Below, piece by piece: positions 24,457-35,814 of a DNA stretch of 52,805 nt. The stretch is from Catajapyx aquilonaris. Its lineage: Eukaryota. Both the position numbers and the translations under genes were made by a program. The stretch is taken from contig JYFJ02000695.1 in NCBI GenBank assembly GCA_000934665.2, forward strand, positions 62,001-114,805, written 5' to 3'. The notes beneath the pieces were generated by a model. It made no database searches, was not told the DNA's origin, and was given only the letters and a program-made list of their open reading frames with translations. Position 1 is the stretch's first letter; each line of letters opens with the position of its first letter.

Positions 24457-27400
24457 ATGGTCGCAGGGGCTCGCAAAAGGAAAAGTGGGAAGACTGTGCG
24501 ACATCAGGTAAGATCGCTGCATTTTCATAGGGTTTGCGAAAAAGGGGTGCAAATTATACGGTTAGACGCGATTGGCACATCATTTTGATCCTGGACTTAT
24601 GGACGTCAGCGGGGTTGTAAATCCAGTTTTGATGGGAATTTGAACTTGTTGGGAGATTAGCTTGTGTTACAGTCGCAATGATGTGCGAAAAAATTGTTAA
24701 TTCAGTTGGCCTTTGTGTCGTGTGAAATACATGGGAACGGACATTACTCTGTTGCTATATAGTGCATCCGTAGTTGCTAAGAAAACGTGTAAATGCTGCG
24801 AGGCCATCAATGAGTATAGTTGACGTCGTCGTCATGGCAATAGCATTCGGAAGATTTTTGCTTCTGTCGGCGGATGCGCGACATTCTCATCTGTGCATAT
24901 CAGATCTGCTGTTGTGTAAGTTTGTCTTAATTATCGGACGCATTATATCGTACAGCGTTTACTTTAGTGTTCCATCTTGTGCTGAGGCCAGAAATCCAAT
25001 CCGTTGCTCTCCCGCTTTCAGATGACAGAACTGGACTCGCCTGATTCGCCCAGGTATCAGTGTCCTATGTGCTCGGAGTCTGTGGCTTCGCAGACGGAGC
25101 TTTCGCGTCATCTTCGGGCTCACACAGATCAGCAGGGTAAGCTGTACATCTGTCGCGTGTGCGACAAAGCTCTCTCGTCATCCAGTAGCCTCGACCGTCA
25201 CCTCCTCGTCCACACGGGGGAGAAGCCGTTCAAATGTCAAACTTGTGGCATGGCGTTCAGCACCAATGGGAACATGCATCGGCACACTAGGACACATGCC
25301 CACCGCGACAAGGAACGCGAATTGAGGGCCGAGAGCAGCAGCAGCGACGGAGGACAGCAGGAGGCGGTGGTGACCACCCCGTCCAAGCGCAGGAGGCTGA
25401 TTCCTCCGAGGGCAACTAGCAATAAGGCAGAGGTCGAGGACATCGAGGAAGAAGAGGAAGACGAGGAGGAAGACGAAGGCCTTCAGTGCCCGATGTGCAA
25501 TAAGGACTTTCCGTCCAACTACTCCATGGAGAACCATCTCGAAGAAATGCATCCGGACTACGAGGTCAAATGCACCGAGTGCCAGCTGGCATTCAAGAAC
25601 CACCGGGCTCTCAACCTGCACTCTTTCATGGTGCACTTTAAGAAAGGAAAGGGTCGCAGCGGCAATTCCAGCAACGGAAGTCACCAGCCTCACCAGACTG
25701 TCGGCTTTAATGACCTGACCTTCGTGGATTTTTCCACCGCCAAGTTTCCTCTGATTGCCCGTGCTTTGTGCGAGAGGAGCCTGCATAAACCAATCAGCCC
25801 ATTGCATCGGTTCCAGTGCGAATTTTGCTCGAGGGCCTTTCCTTGCGGCAGTGCCTTAGAGATACACCGAAAGAATCACCATCACAACCACCACCATTCG
25901 GAGTCGGAAGGGGACTTCACCGATGGGCCCGAAGAATGCGACAAGTGTGAGCAGGTGTTTCCGAGTCCCGAAGACTTGCGGCAACACACGCTGCGTTGCC
26001 ACAGCCAGAATGGGAAGGAAGGTTTCTTTGCCGTGCTTGATCTGCAAAACAAGTCTGACGAAGAGAAGGCTTCGTCCGAGGCCGACACAGGCGCCTCCAG
26101 CGTCGCTGGTGTTGGCGGCGACCTGGCTGATATTCAAAGCATTCTCAACGTCACCAGTCGGCCGACGTTTCTCCCTGACTTCACCAAGTCGTCGTCCCCA
26201 CCTCCGACGATGACCGCCACAGCCTCGCAGGCAGTGCCATCGACAACCACAACGTCGTCCTTGTCTTCTGCAGCGACGTCGCCGGTCAGCAACAGGGAGT
26301 CTCCACTGATGCAAGCAACAGGAGGAGCCACCACAGCATCTGAAGGCGACGAAGAAGACCCTTTCAGCGCCGATCTTCGGGAAATGAAGCTCCGTGGGGA
26401 GTTTCCTTGCCGTCTGTGCGGAGCCATATTCCCCAACCTCCGAGCTCTGAAGGGACACAACCGTACTCATCTCAGCGGCGCTCCGTACCTTTGCAACATG
26501 TGCGACTACCGCAGCAACGACAAGAGCACCCTGATTCGCCACATGCGAGTTCACAATGGCGAGCGTCCCTTCGAGTGCGCCGTCTGCAACTACGCCTTCA
26601 CTACCAAAGCCAATTGCGAACGGCATCTCCGAAACAGACATGGGAAGGCGTCCCGGGAAGAGGTAAGTGTGCGTGTTGCTCCGGAGACCCGGATTTTATT
26701 TCAAAGACGCATGCAGTTTCTGTTTCGTGGTTTTGACGTTTCTTATCTGCTCTTTTAGGTGAGATCCAGCATCATATTCCACCCGACGTCGGATGGCACC
26801 AGCACCGTCAGTCCTCCTCCGTCCAATGGCACCATTTCTGCACCATGTGAAGATACGATATGCAAATTGTGTCGTACAGATTTCAAGCTCAACTGCGTGC
26901 TTCAGGAGCACATGAGGTCTCACCATCCCGAGGTACCGAGGCTGTCGTACAGGTGCCGCCTTTGCCGTCTCAGCTTTGCAACGAGGAACAGCGTACTTCG
27001 CCATTCTCTCCGAGAGCACCCGGAGCACGGGAAAGACCCCTCAGTGGTCGAGGAAGAGGAGGGCGGCATGGCTCAAGAGAATGGGTACCACCATTCGGAG
27101 GAAAACTTGGGTGATGAGACGTACGACGAGGAGGACGAGGATTATCAAGTCGATGACGCCATGAGCAATGGCAAGGAAAGTGACCTGCCAAGTGTGGAGG
27201 CTCTAGTCAACTTTAGCAGAACCACGCAAGCATTTAACATTGATCTCAACATGGAGGTGCTGGATCTAAGTAGGAAAAGGTCCGTCCCTTCGGACGAGCA
27301 GGAGGGTGACCAAGACGAACCTCAAGACCTGTCAGTTAAGAAGACCTCTGTGACGACTCGGCCAACGTCTCCCCTTCCTCAACCCGCCAAAGAACTGGAC

Positions 27401-30282
27401 GAAGCCAAGAGACCCCGGCTGGATGGACTGGGTTCAACTGCACCTTTCCCGACTCCTCCTGCTTTGTTCTTCAGCTCACCATTCCAGAGCAGGTCATCCT
27501 TCCCGCTCCTAGTGCCACTTTTTCCGCCAACTGCGGCTGCCGTCAGTTTGGCCTTATCCCAGGTGGAGACGCCAGAACCTGCGAACCAACACCAGCAAAT
27601 GACTACACGCGGGCTGCAACTATCAGCCGGAGGGTCCTTGGTGTCGGAAGGCACGCCACCACCTTTCTCTCTACATTTCCCATCTGCTGGAAGCCCGCCC
27701 AGGCCATCGTCGGCTTCTTCATCCAACACCACTGGCGAACAACTTCATCAGATAGCACCTCCACCTCCTCCACCCCCGCCGCCTATGTCTTCGGCGCCGT
27801 CCAAGAGCTCCGACGATGGCGTGGTCAAGATGGTCATCAAAAACGGGGTGCTGATGAAGAAGCAGAAGCAGCGGCGGTACAGGACAGAGAGGCCCTTCGG
27901 ATGCGAATTCTGCTCAGCCCGATTCACCCTCCGTTCCAACATGGAGCGCCATATCAAGCAACAGCATCCGGAACACTGGAGTAAGAGGCCCAGAGGAGCC
28001 AGGAGGTTGGGTAGCGGGAGGCAGGGCGCCAGTAATGCCGGCGCTGCTTCCTCTTCGACTACCCCGACCGCGGCATCGACACCCCCGTTGGAATCAGAAG
28101 ACACTAGAAGTGGTGAGAACTGCGTGTCCACCACAATCAGCGAGGAGGTGAGGCAGCAGCTCAAACACAAGCTCAACTTGGATGCAGTCAAGACGGAGGC
28201 GCCCTCGGACGACGACGACGACGATGATGCCGAAGGTGGCGCATCGGAGGCGCCGACAGGTGCTTCGTCGAGAGTCAAGAGAGAGCCTACCGATGAACGT
28301 GAGTATTGTCTATCCTGAATTATAGGCAACCCACTTACTTCATTTTCAATGGAGGATGCAGAATTCTAAGGAGTTTTTTTCTTCACCTTTCAGGTATGCG
28401 AGGAGAACACCGAGTTAAGGGGAAGGATGAGGAAGGCGGAGTGGACCTGGTTAGTGTGTCTCGTCTGCTGGACAATGCCAACACTCACAATTTTCAGCAG
28501 TTCTTCAAGGGCGAGGAGGAGGAGGACCAGCATGATAGCAGCAGCAGAATTGAAGATGGTGACATTGAAGATGATGACAGTGAGGGTGGCACTATCAAGC
28601 AGAAGAGTTGCAGCAGCAGTGAGGACGGTCACAGTGGCAGCAAGGCCGAATCAACCACCTCAACTACCGCTTCAACTGCTGCCAATGCTACTACCACTGC
28701 AACAGAACCGGTGGTAGTCAAGAAGAAGAGCGCCTACTCCTCTGCCCCACACAAGGTGTCCTGCCCCTACTGCCTTCGAAAGTTCCCCTGGACCAGCTCC
28801 CTCCACCGCCACATCCTCACCCACACTGGGCAAAAACCATTCAAATGCCCCAAATGCAGCCTCTGGTTTACCACCAAGTCTAACAGGGACAGACATCTGC
28901 AGAGGAAACATCGCAATAACAGCACAAGTAACAGTGGAGGAGATGCCAGCTACACCATGCGAAATGTACCAGAGAGACCCTACAAGTGCTCCTTGTGCCC
29001 CAGCTCCACCTTCTCCACTCTCAGCAATCTCAAGAAGCACCAGGCTAGTCGCCACCGTAACGGGTCTGGTGGCAGGAGGAGCAACTCTCCAATAGATGAT
29101 GGTGGATCTGACGAGGAGTTTATGATGAGCAAGGAGGAAGAGGAGTCGCCACCAACCATGGTGTCAACTACATCTACCATTCATCCTATCAAAAGTAATT
29201 ACTTGAATTACATTGTTGAAAATGTGATAATGCAAGGTTAATGAATAATAATTAGACCTTTTAAATGGGAATGCGAATGATGCAAGTAAATAAAAGTAAA
29301 ATAGCATAAGACATGCTACTAAACGTTTCTTGAAATGGAGTGCTTTAAATAAATAGCGCAACAGCACATTTTAACACCCTTTTTCTTTTTTGTAGTGTCA
29401 GCAGCATCATCTACAGCCTCCGATGATGAGGGGGGCAGCTTCTCATGCTACAAGTGCTCCCAGTCATTCCCATCTCTCCAGAAGCTCAACTCACACCTGG
29501 AGCAACACTCTGACTTGCCCTTCAAGTGTCACCTGTGTGATGACAGCTATGCTGAGCGCTCAGAGGCACTTGACCATATTCGGGTGCGACACCAAGCAGA
29601 GTATGAAGTGCTGGTGGCCAAAGGTGCTTTGGATGCTTCCTCCGAGGATAACAATCCTGGGCAGGAATCCCACATCCAGCAGCAGGAGGATGGCCATGGA
29701 CAGTCACTCCGTGGCCGTTTCCCAGACTATGCCAACCGGAAGGTGACGTGTGCTTTCTGCCTTCGTCGGTTCTGGTCTGCAGAGGACCTTCGCCGGCACA
29801 TGCGAACCCACACTGGGGAAAGACCATTTTCCTGCAGTGTCTGCAGCCGGAAGTTCACTCTCAAGCACTCTATGCTGCGCCACCGAAAAAAGCACCAGGA
29901 AGCCAGTGGTGGTGATGTAGTCAGCACTAACACCCACAGTGATGACTCAATGGATGGTACCACCAGTGGTGGGGAGGAGCCCACCACCAATGGAGGCAGT
30001 GATGCATTGAGGCTCAAGAAGAGGGATAACCTGATGGACAAGATCAGCCGCTTGTCTGCAGCATCTGCTCTCAGTGGTGCCCGGTGGGGAAAGGATTATG
30101 CCAAACTGCCAACCATCACTCCATTGGATCCAACCAGAGGAGATAATGGTATTGGTATAGCTGACAGCAGTGACCTGATAGGGAACCTGCTAGGCATTCC
30201 AGACAAGGAGATCGTCGACCAGCTGATTTCCAGACCTGCTGGTGATGCAGCCAAACTGCTTGGGCTGCGAACCAAGGACTAG
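24457..30282 (+). CDS. RREB1: Hindsight/pebbled, RREB1 ortholog: C2H2 zinc-finger transcription factor, about 1639 aa, 20 fingers
   Basis: Coding exons 24457-24507, 25022-26662, 26759-28298, 28394-29194 and 29396-30282 total 4920 nt with GT-AG introns in phases 0,0,1,1. The ATG sits in a strong Kozak context (GTCACCATGG) inside exon 24329-24507. RREB1/Hnt signature motifs include [79 protein letters not shown] and [16 protein letters not shown]. CtBP-type motifs PQDLS and VLDLS are present. The true start could lie in an upstream exon. Confidence 0.93.
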
Positions 30283-32686
30283 CAAAAGTCATTTGAGGAC
30301 ATCAACGAGTCACAGGAGCATCATTAACGATGTTCAAGTCAATCAGTGGGAACTGGTGCAATTTTGGTTCTCTCCTGTCTTTTCTTTTTATGGACACTCG
30401 TGATATTAAGTGGTTAAGTCGCAGCTCAAGGCATGTATTGTTAGGATTGGGTGGGAGAAATTTTTTTCTGACTTGGCACTTGACTCACGCATTTATTCAT
30501 ATATTTTTTGGTGACACAAGACAGTTCAAAAGAGTAGAGCAGGCTCCTGCTGCCGTCCAAAGAATTTTTCCAAACTCTTAGGTGGAATTTTGCACTGCGC
30601 TTACAGTGTTGCAATTTTTTTGGACAGTGTGTAGGTTACACTTGAATTTCACAGTGCATTGAAATTGTTGGCCACCAGATTGCCTTTTTGGAACAAAACG
30701 ACCTATCAGTGTCATTCTTTGACAATTTTTACCACAGTTCAAATCCAAGTGTCTTTCTTTCCTCTGATTAAAAAAAAAAAGCATTCAAGTTTGCTTGTTA
30801 CTAAGGTTTCGAAATGGCACAGTTAAATTCTTTTAATGCTCTTGTAGTGTGATGTAAAGTCCTCTGTGGTTGTAATGTTAAAGACACTGCTAAAACAGAT
30901 CGTTTTCTAATTCTTAAGGTTGTAGATGAGTCCAAACAAATAAGTGGAAAAATAAGAGAAAAAAAACTTAGTGCCTTGGTCTTTAATAATGATCATTAAG
31001 TCAGGAAGAAGTACCATTCCACTCACGTCTATGTCAGTATTTATCATGTCAGTTTTTTAGCAGAATTCTCTGTAACCGACAATGCGCGTTGAGCAGAGTT
31101 GTTAACCAAGATGTGTGACACACTATAATAACACTTTTTTCTTCTGATTATCAGTTTGAAAGCGGTTATTTTAGCGCAATTATCTGTGATCAGTCAGGTG
31201 TTATTTTAATTTGTATTGTGTACATTTTTTTGACTGCCTTTTGTTCAGTGGCTCAATTCAGCTGGAGATAAATATGCTATCTGCATTTTTTTTGTCGTAC
31301 TGCCAGATTAGTAGTGCGAAAAATCAGGGAATTCTGTGATTTTTTAAGGAGCAAAAGGTGACGAATGAGTTTGTCTTAATATTGTTCTCACGCATCACGT
31401 GTGTCTTATATGTGCCTGAAAAAAGTTAATCATGTGAATCATAATTCTGTCAACATTTGTTGCCTTCTAGTTTGTTTTTGTGTATTGTAATGTACATAGT
31501 TGCTTCATGTGTAATGTAGGTGCACTTTTCTGCCAATGTATCTCATTTCGAATAATGAAGAATCATTTGTTAAGTTATTGATGAGACATTTTTGAATGTA
31601 GTTGTCAGGTGAGGAAGCAGAGGCCTTGGATTAGTTGCCTTGGATTAGTTGCCTTGTATCGTGACATTCCCTCCCAGAAGAATTTGATGCGAGTCATTGT
31701 TGTCCTTTGTTTTAGAGCTTGACACGAATGCAGTGCCTAGCTCAAGAAGGACATGATAAAAAACAAAAGTAATTTTAATGTGCCTATTAAGGAATGTCCT
31801 GTTCATGCAATCATCATTTCAGAGAACCTGTTTTGTTTGTTCATTATTTGTATGCACATCCATTATTTATCTAGAGTGTACAATCTAGAATCATTCCTAT
31901 GTGGAGTAAATTTGAGAACTTTATCAAAAATGCAGTTTTTGTTTAAAAATGTTTACCATATGGCATCATTTTATTTCAGGAGTACAATTCCAGCTGCAAG
32001 AAAATTCTTGGAGACAGCTCTATTATTATTATTATTATTATAGCTTGAGCGGTCAATATAAGTTTTACAGGGCATGGGAAAATTCAACATGGTCTCATAG
32101 GTGGTGTCAGGCGCTAGACATCAAAAGGAAGACGTTAACCAATGGCAAAGTTAGTCTCAAAGTAACAATTACTTGAACACCCACACCGGTGTCATTCATA
32201 ACTTAGCTCACATACAGATTGGCAATATAATAAGTTAATAACATATCAATAAAACCATTAATAGGCATATACCTTAATCAGTCAGTGTAGTAGCCAAAAA
32301 AGTGCACGACGGGCTTCCGACGTGCCTCCTTGTAAGCACCTGCTGACCTTGGATAGAGCTCTCTGAGTTGACCCCAACCCGAGATGGTGGGATTTTCCAG
32401 TTTCCCGCCTGGCCATTGTAGGAGTGGTCCAGCCATGGTCCAGCCGGTCCAGCCCCATGGTCCAGCCACAAGGCAAGGCCTTCAGGATCCAGCATGCGGG
32501 CTCTCTCTATGAGCAGTCGCATCAACTAGAGGCGCGAGTGGCCCAGCGGGGGCAGCACCAGCAGCACCTATCAATGTCATTATTTTTCATTTACATCATT
32601 TCACTGCATGCAGAAGCTGATTAGGATCATAGCTGCCCAAAGTCTGCAGCTGCAGTAGTCTTGGAAGCTCAGTCAACGCCGCAAAG

Positions 32687-35600
32687 ATGTTTGACAGCAT
32701 CAAAGGAAAGATTCATTCAGTCCAGGAGGGACTCTCAGCCAGGTATTCCCTGCAGTGCACTGTGTGCGCAGACTGCTGACACCACACCGCATTGAGCGTA
32801 CCTGATGGATGAGTAACAATATTGCATGTCACTGTGCTGCCTTAGTTTCAGAGGCCTATCCGTTGGAGAAGGGGTGAGGCGGGCACAACGGAAGAGTGAT
32901 GATGGATGTGACTTGAATGCCGGGGCAGAAATACTGCACAAGTACCAGACTGAATGGAGCGAGCTGCATCAAATTGCAGAGGAGAATGCCAAGAAAGCTG
33001 ATGTAATTACAATTATTTCTAAAATATGCTTCTCAATATGCCCTGCTGTGCTAAACAATTCACTGAGATTAGTGATGATTTCATCAGATGACACACCCAA
33101 GTCTTAACTGGAACTCTTTCTAAGAATTAATAAACATCACTTATTGTTCAGCATGATGTTCTGCCTATACAGGGTGTAAATGAATTCAACCGACAAACTT
33201 CTAAGGGTGATAGAGGGGACCAAGACAAACATTTTTGACATAGGAAACCGTGTCCGGAAACGCCATCTAGAGGGGGTTCATAGACGAGGAACGGGTGCGC
33301 TCAGACGCGTCACACGAGAGGCGCAAGTCGAGCGGACTGTTTTGTTGATAGATGGCGCGCAGTTGTTGCCAAGTTATGGCGTATCGCGTCGTAGTAAGTA
33401 AACAACAACACGATACGCCAAAACCTGGCAACAACAGAACCGCTGTTGACTATCCGCGAGTCTCCTAGGAGGTGGACTTTAGTTGCTAGGTGGCTCTGCT
33501 GTTGCCACGTTGTGGCACATCGAATCGTTGGTTACTATCCGAGCGCCATCTATCAACAAAACAGACCGCTCGACTTGCGCCTCTCGCGTGAAGCATCTGA
33601 GCGCACCCGTTCCTCGTCTATGAACCCCCTCTAGATGGCGTTTCCGGACACGGTTTCCTATGTCAAAAATGTTTGTCTTGGTCCCCTCTATCACCCCTAG
33701 AAGTTTGTCGGTTGAATTCATTTACACCCTGTATAGCTTTAAACTTTTTCGTGGTGAGAGAAATAGCTTGAGTTTCATGAGGAAATGGATATGGCTAGAA
33801 TTTGCTTGTTTCAATTGAGGTATGTTTGTGGGTGTTACATTTATTTGTTTGTTTTTGTTTACAGGAAGTTGACCAACTTATTGGTCAGATGCACGAAAAT
33901 TTTGATACTCAGTGGTCTAACGTAGCCCAAATATCATCAGGGTTGGCAAATCTTCCCCAACTTCTGTGTGTTGTTCATGATTTGATGGAGCAGTTAGGTT
34001 GGTAGCATATTATGTCAAGCATACAAGCCACACTGTTACCTCAGCATTTGTACAAACATTTTCACAGGGTTACTACAAGGTTTGTTTGAAGATGTAGAAG
34101 GTGCCTTGCTTAATTTAGAGGACACTATAGAGATGCAAGCATTTCAAGAAAAGCAGCTGGAACATCGGTTTCAGTTGGCACTGCACAAGGAGAAAAGACT
34201 TGCCGACCTTGAAAACCTGAAAGGTATTTAAGTAATTTTCATCCCACGAAGCATTCAGTCCACAATGGAACCATGCTTCAGATTGCAGTGGCCATTGTCG
34301 TCAGCAGTTTCTGTGTGAAGTTGCTTGTTATGCAGTATCAATTACCAATTACTTACCGAAGCAGTGGTAGCGGAGGGGATTTGGTATCCGACTGCTAATC
34401 GGGAGGTCCTGGGTTCGAACCCCGGAGGCCGGCTATCCTGACCTTGGTTTTCTGTGGTTTTCCAAGGTCGCTCCAGGAATAATTTCCGGGATCGTACCAT
34501 ATTAAATACAGGGTGTTTATTGTAACTCTGCAAAGACTTTCAGGGGCAATAGAGGGGACCAATACAAGTATTTTTGACATAGGCACCCGTGTCCGGAAAC
34601 GCCATCTAGAGGGGGTTCATAGACAAGGAACGGGTGCGCTCAGACGCGTCAGGCGAGAGGCGCTAAGAGAGCGAACTGTTTTGTTGGTAGATGACGCCCA
34701 GTTGTTGCCAGGTTATGGCGTATCGCGTCGTTGTAAGTAAACAACAACGCGATACGCCATAACCTGGCAACAACAAATCCGCTGTTGACTATTCGCGCAT
34801 CTCCTAGGAGGAGAACTTTAGCTGCTAGATGGCTCTGCTGTTGCCAGGTTATGGCACATCGCATCAGTGTTTATTATTCGAGCACCATCTATCAACAAAA
34901 CAGTCCGCTCGCCTAGCGCCTCCCGCATGAAGAGTCTGAGCGCACCCGTTCCTTGTCTATGAACCCCCTCTAGATGGCGTTTCCGGACACGGGTTCCTAT
35001 GTCAAAAATACTTGTATTGGTCCCCTCTATTACCCCTGAAAGTCTTTGCAGAGTTACAATAAACACCCTGTATAGGCCACAGCCGCTTCCCTCCTTTCCC
35101 TGTCCTGGAGGAGATGCGGGTCAGTCGGGGGTTTCTGACCCGCATCTAGGGGGTCATCTATGGCGAACGGACCCCCTGAGGGACTGCACACGACCCCCAA
35201 CTTGAGACATTGCACATGCACCAGTGTCCCTCCCTCCTATCCCTACCCTGTCCCTGCACCAGCTATTGTACAATAATAATAAAAAAATAATAATAAAGGT
35301 CTGTGTGATATACCCTCAGTTGGGGGTGAAAGCACTACCCCAGTTATTATTATTATTAATTACCAATTACTTCAGAGTCTAGCAATAGCTTGTAGGAATG
35401 GGCTGATTCTAGGGATCTAGGGATAGAAATGATTTAAACAAAATTCTTAAAATAAGATGTGTTAATGGTGGAACATCATATTTTTTCTGATGCAGAGCAA
35501 CTGGTAGCAGAACATTCTGTGAAGATACATGAGTTTGAACAGAAGCAAAAAGCATTATTAAAGGAGAGGCAAGAGGCATTTTCAGATGCATTTGAAGAGG

Positions 35601-35814
35601 ATATGAAGTTGTTCAAGATTCATGGAAAGATTCCAAGTATGTATATTTTCATCCGCGATCATTCTGTGTACAAAGTGAAGATTGTTAAAGTATATACTTA
35701 CAACTACCCACAGAAGTTGAAAGTGAAAAAGAGGCACAAGCATCATCAACATCACTTGAAGAAGTCACATTAGAAGAAGACTCATCTGCATTGAATGAAT
35801 TTCTTTCACATTAA
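32687..35814 (+). CDS. DTNBP1: Dysbindin (BLOC-1 subunit 8), about 247 aa
   Basis: Exons 32687-32742, 32846-33002, 33865-33997, 34068-34223, 35496-35636 and 35714-35814 total 744 nt with consistent GT-AG phases. Translation MFDSIKGKIHSVQEGLSASFRGL...AGAEILHKYQTEWSELH...LFEDVEGALLNLED...LKERQEAFSDAFEEDM...LEEDSSALNEFLSH follows the dysbindin coiled-coil pattern. Confidence 0.9.
33170..33731. mobile_element. 562-bp Tc1/mariner-type MITE (long palindrome) in dysbindin intron 2
   Basis: TA|CAGGGTGTAAATGAATTC...GAATTCATTTACACCCTG|TA with a TA target-site duplication. Inverted arms are about 200 bp, which explains the mirror ORFs 33180+ and 33721- in the ORF track. Confidence 0.92.
34355..35357 (+). 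mobile_element. tRNA-derived SINE in dysbindin intron 4, interrupted by a MITE
   Basis: tRNA-like head with A-box-like TAGCGGAGGGG, loop CTGCTAA and B box GGTTCGAACC. The body (GGTTTTCTGTGGTTTTCC...TAGGCCACAGCCGCTTCC) resembles arthropod SINEs, and the tail is (TTA)n. A 15-bp TSD AATTACCAATTACTT lies at 34340-34354 and 35358-35372. Confidence 0.88.
34509..35070. mobile_element. 562-bp Tc1/mariner-type MITE nested in the SINE
   Basis: TA|CAGGGTGTTTATTGTAAC...GTTACAATAAACACCCTG|TA. The core is homologous to the MITE at 33170-33731. Confidence 0.92.

Noticed and set aside
25178..30041. Long minus-strand ORFs overlapping hnt (209, 261 and 193 aa, among others)
   Set aside because: Antisense shadows of a GC-rich coding sequence with no recognisable domains.
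31623..31656. 14-bp tandem duplication GCCTTGGATTAGTT in the hnt 3' region
   Set aside because: Simple local duplication with no further structure.
34355..34425. tRNA-Ser(GCT)-like sequence
   Set aside because: It lacks a proper acceptor stem and the Ser variable arm; it is the head of a TSD-flanked SINE.
33180..35066. Four similar short ORFs (MNSTDKLL…, MFIVTLQRL…) resembling a small gene family
   Set aside because: They are mirror translations of the palindromic MITE arms.
35296..35345. Hammerhead-like motif (CTGTGTGA…hairpin…GAAA) in the SINE tail
   Set aside because: The core does not match CUGANGA, and stems I and III cannot be formed convincingly.
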